NCBI GenBank assembly: GCA_964255285.1
Contig: CAXUUL010000063.1
Span: 1 to 40,325 of the forward strand
From: Ionaspis alba
Taxonomy: Eukaryota
Length of the DNA: 40,325 nucleotides
Direction of reading: 5' to 3'
Below, one piece after another: positions 1 to 11,238 of the stretch; within the stretch, counting starts at the first letter, position 1; each line of letters opens with the position of its first letter. The notes under the pieces were generated by a model, which saw only the letters and a program-made list of their open reading frames with translations, did not search any database and was not told where the DNA came from. Position numbers and translations under genes: made by a program.

Positions 1-437
1 GTTCGGGAGGGCTGTTGGGAGGGGAGAGAGAGGGCAGGTGCCGTTGCATCATCGGGTGTGGCTCGGCGCTTGCACGGGAGGAGCAGAGGGATTTGTTGGA
101 GGTGATGGAGGAGGTGCGGCGGCGGCGTTTGGTGCCGAAGGAGAGTTGGTGGTAGTGGAGGCGGCAGGCGAGTTCGGTTTTTTGGAGGTGCGCTGCGATG
201 TGTTTGTAGGGCATTTTGTGCATGCGTGTTTCGATGAGATATGTTTCCTGGGTCTGATTAGCTGAGGTTCAGTGTTCTGTATGGTGAATATAAGCTGACC
301 TCTTCCTCCGACCAAGCTCTTCCTCCACCGGTTGACGTGAGCCGTCTTTGTGTGAATGATGGTGGGGACTCCTCTTCTACATGGACTGTGTTGGGTGAAT
401 GATAACTTTGGGATAATGGTGAGCCATTGGGCGACAT
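1..437 (-). CDS. Myb-like DNA-binding protein (3' end runs off the window)
   Basis: ATG at 437. Intron 248-299 (GTCAGC...GCTAATC...CAG). The spliced product reads GGGRAWSEEE|ETYLIETRMHKMPYKHIAAHLQKTELACRLHYHQL, a fungal Myb/SANT repeat, followed by KRRRR and a Ser/Pro-rich tail open to position 1. Confidence 0.85.
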
Positions 438-2915
438 GCTGGGCACGGTTTGGTCGTTCAAGAAGACGGGAAAAGGACTGAGATGCTCAAAGAAGCTCGA
501 AGAAGGATCGGAACGATCGTCGTAATGGAATGCTTGTTTTCGTAGCGAGGTAGAATGAACAACGCGGTGTAAGGAGAGCGCGAGGCACGACACGATGTGA
601 GCCTCAGATAAGAAGGGTATTACAACGAATAGAAGTAGAAAGACCCAGCCAGCGGGCAAAGATCAAAACAATCAATAACGAGAGACTAAATAAAGGAGAA
701 AGACCGAAGAAACCAGCAGCGATGACAGATCAACGAGCATGGTGGTGGGCATGAACATTATCTATAGCTAAATGGCCCGTGTGTTCGTTCGAGCGTGAAC
801 CGTTAATGCATGATTTCTAGGGCTCCCCAGCCGGACGGGACAGGTTTCTGACCCACCAGGCCTTGTAGCAGGTGGCAGACCTCACCACTCTGACAGAGCC
901 ATGCAGGGTTCGTGATCTCGGAGAGGGCGTCTGCCGTCCTTGTATGAACTGGAGGCTCGCAGTGATCTTGTCGAAGCACCTTTCCCCATTCGTTTGTCAG
1001 AGCTGGGAAAACGCATTGATGCCAATGCCTCATTGGAGACAATAACACCAAAGCAGGAAAGGTTGTGGATTTTCTGGGCTTCCAGAACAATTTACCTTAC
1101 ACAGGTAAGACCGTCGAGGTATCAGCGCAGGTAGCAGCCCTGGTAAGCTGGATGGTAGCACGTCGGGACCATGTTTCGAGATCTTGGCGCTTGTGAAGAG
1201 TAGCAAACTGGGGACTCGGCCTTAGCGCCATAGATGAAACGCATAAAGATAGAGAGAGAATGAGGGATTAAAGGAAGCCAGGATGATGGTTTTGATGAAC
1301 AACAATGACATTGATTATGGCTTTTCGTGATCATGTAAGAGCTTGGACAGGAACGAGTTTGACAACAATGATACCATATTGGGTGGTGGTGGGTTGTTCA
1401 ATGGCTGACAGGTGTTGTTGGTAAGCTTAGAACGTCCGTCAACTGAGAACGAGCTTGACAGGATACTCCGTACTGTCCTTGTTAGAGGAAATGACGCAAA
1501 CCAACAGTACTATCATGATGGAACATCCATAACAAGCCTCGAAAACCATGCATATTGTTTTCTTCCTGAAGAGGCCAGCGACCGTAAGACAGGAACAAGT
1601 TGTAGAGTGGGCTATGGCCTGATTTCAGCGATCTTGCTTCTCGTTGGCGACTTGTTTCATATCACGAGATCAAAGTAGAACAAGACAGCTGCCCCCTGGA
1701 GCGTTCCGAGACCCGGGGGGTCTGCTGCACATGCAACCGGACGCAACCTTTAATGCTACAGTGCATGAAGGTGTGCAGGATCACAATGCGGAGGACCTCT
1801 GATCTCTGTGAGGATCAACAATGAGCATCCCTACCAATCGGGTCATCCTGAAGACTTCCTGGATGGCCAGATGCACGTGTCAACGAGGAGAAAAGATGTG
1901 TTCGAGGGAAAGACCTCGAGAGAAATAGCCTGTCTGGGTGTGAAGATGGTGAGAGGTAGCGAGGAGGGTTAGTTGGTGAAGGCGAGAGTGTTTAGAGACA
2001 ACTGGCACCTAAATTTCCGCGCATGGGTACTTGTTTTAGGGGGATTATGGGGGATCGGGGAGTAGAGTGGGGTTCTTTACAAATTAGACTCGGCTGACTA
2101 AGGTGCGTTCGTCTGCAAGGCTTTTTCTCGGGAGGAAGGACATCCAATCATTGCTTGGGCAATCGGAGTGACTTCTCTCCTCATAAGTACTTTTATGTAC
2201 TGCCATGTACCTGTACCTTCAACAGCCCCCCGTTCCCGTCCAACTTTCGACTTGATGCCGCGGAGCAAGATGCGGCTACCTCATGGTGGAGGATCTACCG
2301 GCTATCCTCAACTTCGACGGCATGTCATGTCTCGACGATCGCCACTACTACTGCTAGCGGACCGATGATGACCTCTGGCTTTCGTCCTCTGCCCGCGCGG
2401 CGCATCCAAGAAGAGGAACAAGAAAGTACATCCACACTCTCCCCTCCTCCACACCTTAACCCACCGCAACCCCGCATTCAAACAGGTCACACAGCACCCT
2501 CGTCTCGTCCGGTGTCCTGGTCTGTAACGGAGTACCTGTCGGGTCGCCCGGGTCTCCGCCAACTCTAAAGTACTTCAACTCGGTTCTTTTTAGCTGATTG
2601 CTGCAAATGCGGACGCTACCACTCCATTCGACGATGCTAGAGATGCTCGTATGCAACTCGACCATTGCGGCCTCTTCCCTCTGCTCACGGCCTGGGAAGT
2701 CGTTGCTGCCTTCGCCTGTACATACCGTGCTTCATGGAGACCAGGAAACTTCAATTGCTTCGTTCTTCGTCTCGATGTCACTATTACCTGATTGATACCG
2801 GGAGACTTGATTAGCCGCCCACGGCTTTTTGTATACTTTTTTACGACCTCGGGGTAGCTTGTGTACATGTCAATTGACACTTCCACACCTTCACTCCCAG
2901 ATTCATACCTCCATC

Positions 2916-3793
2916 ATGTCGTAAGTCGCCCCTACCGTTGCGCCTTATGTTCCGCTTTGAGCCGAGCATGTTGTCTGAATTCTTGCAATGGGATCTCGGA
3001 GATAGCTCACCCAAGTCACTAGGTCTCCGAAATCTCCAAGACGTCCAACAAAACCACAACCGTCAAGTACCTCACCTCAAGCGCCGACACAACTACCACC
3101 TCTTGCAACCAGTTCTCACACCGACGAGCCTCAGAATCCTCCTACTATAGTATCGCCCGCGCTTAGCTCACCAACCTCGAGGAAAAGAAAAGCGGCAGCT
3201 TCAGACATAACGACCGAAGCGCCAAAGATGCCGTCAACGGAATATGGAGATCCCGGGGGTAGCGCAGGGACCTCGGCTTCGGCCGGCGAACCGAGTCTGA
3301 GTCCTACAGCGAAGAAAAGCAGGACGAACACTCCATGGACACCGGCGGAGGAGAGACGGCTGAAAAGCATGAGGGACGCTGGGAATACTTGGAATGAAAT
3401 TGCCAAAGTCGGTAAAGACTTAGAAGAGAAGCTGTGGCATCGATTGACAGCTAGAATAGACCTTTCCCACGAGAACAGAAGGAAGTGTCAAAAAGCACTG
3501 GTACAAGGATATGCATTATGCAGATTTTGCGGAGGACGAGGTAAAATACATATCTCAATACCTGATCTTGCCATTGCAATGCTGAAGCTTTCACAATTAC
3601 AGAGCGCGGCACTCCTAGCCGCGATCAAGGAATACGAAGCTAGCAAATGGAAGGTCATTGGACAAAAAGTAGGGAAACCGGCAAAAGTAAGCCTGCTACG
3701 CCACACTTTCTGTGCAACAAGCTGGGCCGGCTAACAACCATTTTCCAGGCTTGCGAGCAATATGCCAAAGAGCACTTTGGCGGGAAGGGCTAG
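2916..3793 (+). CDS. Two-repeat Myb/SANT DNA-binding protein
   Basis: Exons 2916-2920 (ATGTC), 3023-3407, 3460-3540, 3603-3686, 3749-3793, joined by in-frame GT-AG introns. Product includes TPWTPAEERRLKSMRDAGNTWNEIAK|TFPTRTEGSVKKHWYKDMHYADFAEDE|SAALLAAIKEYEASKWKVIGQKVGKPAK|ACEQYAKEHF. The first exon is less certain. Confidence 0.88.
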
Positions 3794-4330
3794 AACTCTT
3801 CTTGACTTTGAGTGGCGTGGTTCTAGGTAACATGTTCTGAACATAGACATGCAACAGTCGCTATCTTTCCGGGAAGCAACAGGCATGATTTGAGCGTTCG
3901 TGTGGGTGGTTTTGAGAATCTTCGCGGAGGTCCTGGTTTTGATCTCTGAGGATTGCGGGTGCTAAGGGCGGTCAGTATATGGGACCAGTATCTTAGCATC
4001 TTAACCTCTTGTCCAGGAAAGAACTTAATCTGTCCGTGGAACCTCTCCGTGTGAAATGAAAAATATCTGCCAGTTTGAGAAAATCTTAGGAACCGTGATC
4101 TGGAAGGAACGTGTATATGCTGACTTGTCTTTCATTGGAGGGTCCCAGTACCTCACGACTTTCAGTGACGGAGAAACTCACTTTAGCACGTTAATAGTCA
4201 TCAGCTTCCCGGTCAGTCTTCACGTCTTGCCTTTAATATCAAAGACAGTTGACGCTCTCTGCGAGAATCATTCATCCTGGTTCATCATCACAATCTCAGA
4301 ATCACTATCAGTCACAGGAAGTCCATTGGG

Positions 4331-5577
4331 ATGGCTACACAAAGGTATGTGCTCGATATTCAAAAAATATTTGCATTATATTTTCCTAGGCAATATCTCT
4401 TTCAATCTCACAAGTTCTTGCACCAATGACTAACAGCACACACTAAGGCCACTCAAGAAGAAACTCAAGGTGTCTCCGCGAGCCTCCAACTCCCCAAGCT
4501 CCGAAAACACGAGTATGGCTTCTTCCAAACCGGAGTCCTCAGCAGCCAGTGCTTCCAATGACTCAGAAATCACACCAGAAACAGAGCTCAAGCAAGCCAT
4601 GACAAAGCATGTTCCCACAAAGATTTCTTTCATGTTGCAGCTGACGACATCCATAGACTCCTTAAGACAGGCGCTGGCTCTGATATGACCATCATCTGCA
4701 ATAGAAGGACCTGGAACGTCCATAGTCAGATTATTTGTCCTCGCTCTGCCTTCTTCGAGAGTGCAATGAATGGTGGATTTAGCGTAAGTCGATAACNNNN
4801 NNNNNNNNNNNNNNNNNNNNNNNNNNNNNNNNNNNNNNNNNNNNNNNNNNNNNNNNNNNNNNNNNNNNNNNNNNNNNNNNNNNNNNNNNNNNNNNNCGCT
4901 CTGCCTTCTTCGAGAGTGCAATGAATGGTGGATTTAGCGTAAGTCGATAACTCCCGACTCCCTCGGCTGTCTTTTCGTGCCCCTTACTATGATCTCTACT
5001 AGCTGGACTACACGACCCCACGCTAAACAGCTATTGATAGGAAAATCAATCCCGCACCGTTAGCCTCGACGACGACGACGAGCGGCTGGTCGGACTCCTC
5101 GTGCACTATTTCTATATACTCGACTATGCCGACGCTTTCTCCTCCTCAGACTCTTCGTGCCTATTCTTGCCATACAGATTCGTTCTGAAGCTCTCGTGCA
5201 ACGCTGGAATGTACGCCCTTGCTGACAAATATGGTGTCTTCGGCCTTAAGACTCTTGCTGTCCAAAAATTCCGTGCTCAATTCCAGCGTGAGCCCTGGCC
5301 GTGTAATGGACAGATCTTGAGTATCAGATGTGAGTCTTTGCTTGAAGCTATCAGGGTGATTTGGGAGTCAACGCCAGAGGGAGACAAGGGGTTGAGAGGT
5401 ATGGTGCTCGGTATCGTCACGACCCCGGCGCACAAATACACTGGCGTGCTTGGTGAGATATCAGAGATGAATATCTGGTCTACATTGCAAAGCTTAAAGG
5501 GATTTAGAGAGTTGATGCTGGAGGTGCCGTCTTTCGGGGCGGATGTGTTGGCAAGGGAGAACCTGAAATTCGTTTGA
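4331..5577 (+). CDS. BTB/POZ domain protein
   Basis: Exons 4331-4344, 4448-4606, 4657-4783, 5041-5577. The last intron spans the gap artefact. BTB motifs: SDMTIICNRRTWNVHSQIICPRSAFFESAMNGGFS|ENQSRTVSL...HYFYILDY and MYALADKYGVFGLKTLA...IWESTPEGDKGLR. Confidence 0.85.
4742..4951. other. Scaffold gap (100 N, 4797-4896) flanked by an exact 55-bp duplication
   Basis: 4742-4796 is identical to 4897-4951. Confidence 0.95.
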
Positions 5578-6340
5578 TAGGACGATGGAGAGGGACACTT
5601 CGCAATGAAGCATGTTGACTTCTTGAGCCTAACGGAGGTGCTACAAGGTCTGGCATAGTTGTGGTAGAGGACTTTCCTGACCAGATTCAAGCTCTGAACG
5701 CTTTATGAACCATAGCTGACCAGAACTGGGGATGAAATCTCTTCAAGAGTGCCGCTGTTCTCGTCGATGATTTCATGTAGTAGAGCATCTCGATGATTAA
5801 GCTGAATTCTCCGCCATTAAAATACCCAAGCTGTTCCACGTTGTGACTGGTGTAAAATAATAATTTATTCTCGTATTATTAGAGCAAGAAATAAAAGTGG
5901 CAAAACGATTGCTAATTAAAGCTCTCCCGCATTGACGAGACATTGACTGTTCTTGGTTAGCGCAACAACCGGGCCCCCTACGATGAACATGCCTTCCGGC
6001 ATGCTTCCTGCATATCCGTCTCTTCATTCTTGGTTCTTATCGAAAACGGTCGTTGTCAGTATTTCGCCGCGACATTAATATTGTTGACGGCTTCTTCTAT
6101 TCGTTACTTCACATTCGCTTTGGTTATCTCATCTTTATCGGTGCGCAACGGTCATCAACAGCATTCGCTCAACGACTCCGCAAGTTCTTCATTCGTTGCC
6201 GCACGGGAGAGGATTCCACACTCGTCGAGAAGCATAGCATTTTTCATTTGCAAGGATCACGATAATCCGACACAAGGCCCCAGAGACCAGCAGTAAGGCT
6301 GAGAGTTCATTGTATTGGGTCACGACGACGGCTTCGCAAA

Positions 6341-7869
6341 ATGGTTCGCCTTTCAGCATCAGCAACATCTACCCTCCTGCTTGTCTCATCAGCCTTGGTA
6401 CAAGCTCAATCGAATATTCCGACCTGTGGTCAGGGCAATAATTGTCCTGAGAATCTACCATGTTGCTCCCGTAAGTTCAAGTGAACGGTATGCCAGGGAG
6501 GTTGAACTGACATTCTCGTGCTTCAATAGAATACGGACAGTGTGGTGTTGGAGCATACTGTCTAGGAGGCTGCGATCCCCTTTTTTCACATTCACTCAAA
6601 TCATGCGTCCCAGCTCCGACGTGCAAATCTCAGGACTACAAGCTTACGTCCTTGGATGGCATTGCACCCAATACTGATTACCTCGGGGATGCGTCGAAGT
6701 CAAATTGGGTATCGAGCGGGCAACCCAAGGCTTTCACCGACAACAGTGGAGACCAAGTGCTTCTCACAATGGCCAAAGGCAGCGTCGGTACGCTGTTGGC
6801 GAGTACAAGTTACGTGTGGTTCGGCAAGGTCTCAGCCACACTCAAGACAAGCCGGACAGCCGGTGTGGTAACAGCATTTATTCTCCTGTCAGATGTGAAG
6901 GACGAAATCGATTTCGAATTCATCGGGACCGATCTCAATACTGCCCAGTCGAACTTCTACTTTGAGGGGATTACAAACTGTAAGGTTTTCTTCGAATAAC
7001 ACAATCGCTGTTACTGATAGATCTTAGACAACAACGAACTCAACCTTACAGCGCAGGACACATTCGGCACCTACCATACCTATGAGATCGACTGGACCCC
7101 TGAGCAAATCACCTGGTCCATTGACGGCAAATCAATGCGAACACTCGAGAGATCGAAGACCTGGAACGCAACAGCCAACCAATACCAATACCCACAAACA
7201 CCCGCACGTATCCAGCTCTCCCTCTGGCCTGCCGGTCTGAGCACAAACGGCAAAGGAACAGTGGAATGGTCCGGAGGTCTCGTCGATTGGAACGCAGCCG
7301 ACGTAACCAACGCCGGCTACTTCTACGCCATGGTCAAAGAAGTGACCGTGAAATGCTACGATCCGCCTCAAGGCGTCAAGACCACCGGCTCGAACGCCTA
7401 CATCTACAGCCTCAACTCAGGAACCAACGACAGCGTTCAAATCACCAACGACAACACAGTGCTGAAATCGCAGCTCGGCTCAGGCGAAAACATGTCCGCC
7501 GACTACCCCAAACCCGTCGTCGTCACTGGCACCGCCTCGTCTTCCGCACCCGCAGCCACCAGTGAAATCCCCACCGTACCCGGTCTTTCGGGTGCAGGAA
7601 CCGGCTCGAACGGACAACGAGGTGGTGGTGGCTCGAACTCTGACAGCAGTGGGAGCTCGAATGGCGGAAGCGCATCTGGTTCTAGCGCCGCGGGATCCAT
7701 TCCCAGCGATACAGCTAGTGCTGTAAGTCCGGCCGATACTGGATTCCACGGCTTCTCGCAAAATGGAGGATCGGGCACAAGCACGGCGTCGCCGCCGAAG
7801 GGGGAGAAGGTTTTGCAAGGATCGTTGCTGGCGGTTTTGGTGGCTATTGTGGGGATGTTGACGTTGTAG
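6341..7869 (+). CDS. UTR2: GH16 Crh-family chitin/glucan transglycosylase (Utr2/Crh2-like), GPI-anchored
   Basis: Signal peptide MVRLSASATSTLLLVSSALVQA. Cys-rich chitin-binding module CPENLPCCS|QYGQCGVGAYCLGGCDP. Catalytic DEIDFE. YPQTPARIQLSLWPAG motif, Ser/Gly-rich stalk and hydrophobic C-terminus. Introns 6471-6529 and 6980-7027. Confidence 0.92.
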
Positions 7870-9278
7870 ATATCTTTCATGCGGTGTGATGGGATGTAGG
7901 GGTCATTGCGATCGGAGTTTGCTAGGAGCTATCTTATCTCACTCTTTTCTTGTTTTCCACACTGGGAGCGTTGGATGAAAGGCAGGGAAGTGGTTGGATC
8001 AGTGATGATGGAGGTAATAATTCTTATTGGTTTTATGAGAGCATCTATGGTTCTAGTATCATACTTAGCAAAATTCGAAAGCGTTCTTCCTCAGCCCCGA
8101 TCTTCCGGGTACTTGCACTTTTGTTGTTGCGAGCGATTGGTACTTGGAAACAGACGATGAGATTCTGTTCATAGCCGCGCAGATGGCCCGGCCCGTTGCA
8201 GCTGCCATCGTCGCCATAGTATGGAATCATCGATTCGTCGATAGGCCGAGGTGTCAAGATGCAGGTAACCTTGTATGAGGTGGTTCGTTGTTCAACGACA
8301 GGTTAGGCTAATATCGAGGCGGTGCTTGGTTCTGCATAGCTAAAACGATCTCGATCTGAATCTGGGGATTTGCCGGCCTTTATAGTGCTGCTGTTGTCTG
8401 GCCCTGCTTTGCTGTCTTGTGCTTAATTGTCTTCTGCCTGTGTCACCTCAGATGATGCCGAAGAGAAAGTGCTGGGAGGGGGGACGTACGGTTTCCATGG
8501 CCGTTTGTCACTGTCAGATATTAAGTTGGGCTGCGTATCTGCCTACCACACTCATTGTCTATGGTTTGCTTTTCTCATGGGGAGCTTGTCCTAATGTAGC
8601 AGCTCCTTCTCACAATGTCATTATGCTCGCATTGTTTATTATAAATGAGTCACGCATTGAGGTTTGCTCTCGGTGATGGGTCATCGTTGCGTCCCACGAC
8701 AAGAGTCTTTCCGGTTCCCTTTACCTTGTTGATTTGCTATGCCTGTGTAACAACGTCTTCGTTCCGTATTTTCTCCTTATACAAGTGGTCGCCTCCTCTG
8801 TTTGACGGAGAGTATCGGCCTGCAATAAAGGGCATGATGTTAGCAGATCTGGATCGAACCACTCGGAACATTGCCATGACGTCTCAGTCATGGGCAGCTG
8901 TCCCGCATCGCTCCCCAGACGCATTGCCTGACGTGCGGGCTTCTCCATCAGAACATTAGAGTGTGGGCACTTCCGCCTCAGGACGCTACCCCGGCTGATA
9001 GTCTGGTCGCACATTTATATCTCGCCATGCCCCATACATTGGATTTGATCAATGGTTCAACTTATGTCTGCAATTCGATCGACCATCAGTACGAAGTTTT
9101 GTGTTCCTATTCCACTATTCAACCTTACCTTCAGCTTGTGCTGTACACTCTTGACCTGTCCTTCTATTTGTCACCATCACGTGCCTAGAACATTACCACA
9201 TACAATCATTCCAGCACCAAAACATTTCTCCGCTGATCCGACCTGATCCGCTCTCTGTGTTCGAGCCTCCATAATAGC

Positions 9279-9548
9279 ATGTGCTTCTACCGGCAAGACC
9301 ACTACGCCTGTGGCCATATTGAGCATCCGATCGAAGTCGGAAACTGTACGCGGGTACTTCAGCAACTCATGCGCATCTACAATCCACGAGAGCAGGGGCT
9401 GTGCTTTGACTGGCCGGAGGCCTGTCGCCCAAGAAGCAGTTTGAACATTACGATGGTCTGGCATTGGGAATCGTGTCTGTGGTGCCGAGCACAGACGGAA
9501 AGACAGGGATGGAAATACAAAGGGGCAATGACGCATTACTTCTCATGA
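9279..9548 (+). CDS. Small Cys-rich hypothetical protein (MCxY..CGH..CxxC), 89 aa
   Basis: ATG-initiated ORF MCFYRQDHYACGH...C...C...CLWC. The Cys pattern resembles that of ORF 13349-13924. Confidence 0.6.
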   Translation: MCFYRQDHYACGHIEHPIEVGNCTRVLQQLMRIYNPREQGLCFDWPEACRPRSSLNITMVWHWESCLWCRAQTERQGWKYKGAMTHYFS

Positions 9549-9693
9549 AAACTCGGGAGGCTTCCATAATTACCAGCTGACGAAAAAGCATAATGCAAAC
9601 AGAGAACTTAGAGTCGGTGTTCTGATCATGCTACTTTGAAGGCCGCGACCTTCTGTGCGCTATGAATATACTCTGTTCCGGATTGCAATCCTC

Positions 9694-9903
9694 CTTATGA
9701 GCCTATCCCACAATTCACGAATGCTGAGATGGCGCCACTGTGCACCTGNNNNNNNNNNNNNNNNNNNNNNNNNNNNNNNNNNNNNNNNNNNNNNNNNNNN
9801 NNNNNNNNNNNNNNNNNNNNNNNNNNNNNNNNNNNNNNNNNNNNNNNNCTTATGAGCCTATCCCACAATTCACGAATGCTGAGATGGCGCCACTGTGCAC
9901 CTG
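9694..9903. other. Scaffold gap (9749-9848) with 55-bp flanking duplication
   Basis: 9694-9748 is identical to 9849-9903. Confidence 0.95.
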
Positions 9904-10323
9904 TCACATCACTACCATGGATTCGCGCCACGCTTGTTGATTTCGGAACTTGACACGGAGAAGTAGGCTAACATGACAAGTGGAGAGATGGAAGCATTCG
10001 ACAAGTTTAGACTGACAACGGAGCTTTATGACTTGGTCTCTGTCAAGACAGACACGTATTGGAAAGACGAAGACAATCAATGTGCAGACTGGCAATGTAG
10101 CTATATAAATATAGCTAATAAAATCGACACTTCCATTAACTTACGCTCTCCAGTATCATGGCCTTGTGACTGCTTATGAATTCCCGCAGCAATAACTCTA
10201 CCTCAAGATGTCTTCATTCTCCGATTCTCGAACCAGTTTTAAACTCCCAGACCAGGATTCTACCATCTCCCTTCATAACCCAGCGCCGAATTTGCGGCAT
10301 CACGCCCGGCATATGTCGCACCT

Positions 10324-11238
10324 ATGCCAGAACCTCCCAGCGGACCAGTGGTAGGAAGACAAGACGTCAAAGACTGGTCCAAATATGCAGACAAGATTGG
10401 GTCGAGCTACCGCGCAGTCTCTCCTCGATTCCGTGGTTTCATAAACAAGATTAAGACCACTTGTCAAGATATTCTAAGCCAGTCAGATCACAAAAGGAAA
10501 CAGTACATGCCAAATCTTGTGAAAGATACGCAGATGGTACGGTCAAGATGGGAATTAGCTCATGCACCGAATGGTCTTTGTGCGAACCTAAACGAATCTG
10601 TGCAGGCAATGACGGAAGTACGACTGTACAACGAATACGGCGATTATGCCGCTATTGCTTGTAAAGAGCTCAGAACCCTTAAGTTCGAACAGCCAGGAGG
10701 GGGAGGAGTGCGGATCCCCAAGTGGACAGCAGAAGGTCTGGATTGGCAGGCAGTCGCCCGAGAGATTGAAGCAGAGAAAAGAATGAAAAATGAAGCCTTG
10801 AAAACTGCGCCGACCACTGTTTATTCGTCGTCTTCGAAGCACGAAACCCCCGATATCTCTACCCCCTTTTTGGATGATATCTCTCAAGCTTCAACGATAC
10901 TCGAGGCACCTCCACAGCAAATCGAGTGGGCTATAAATACCTATGCGCGACGAAATGCACTCTGTCATTCTGGAGTGGAACGTTTGGTAGACTCCTGCAG
11001 TTGGCAAGCTCTTGCCGACCGTTTGATCCAAGATTTGGAGGGCCTTGAAGAGGTCGATGACAGACTGTTTCAGAAATGCATGCGACAGTTGATTATACGT
11101 ATCCAAAATAGCCACTACGAAGATTGCCACCGCAACAGATCTGGTAAGATTGTTTTCGTCCTGAGCAAAGCAGCTGATGCGAAAGAAAAAAGATTGCGAC
11201 AGCGAATTTTATCCAGAAAGTCCCGTTCAGAACCTTGA
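10324..11238 (+). CDS. Hypothetical helical protein with HEPN-like RxxxxH motif, 304 aa
   Basis: Long intronless ORF containing WAINTYARRNALCHSG (RNALCH at 10951-10968) in a helical-looking context. Confidence 0.65.
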   Translation: MPEPPSGPVVGRQDVKDWSKYADKIGSSYRAVSPRFRGFINKIKTTCQDILSQSDHKRKQYMPNLVKDTQMVRSRWELAHAPNGLCANLNESVQAMTEVRLYNEYGDYAAIACKELRTLKFEQPGGGGVRIPKWTAEGLDWQAVAREIEAEKRMKNEALKTAPTTVYSSSSKHETPDISTPFLDDISQASTILEAPPQQIEWAINTYARRNALCHSGVERLVDSCSWQALADRLIQDLEGLEEVDDRLFQKCMRQLIIRIQNSHYEDCHRNRSGKIVFVLSKAADAKEKRLRQRILSRKSRSEP

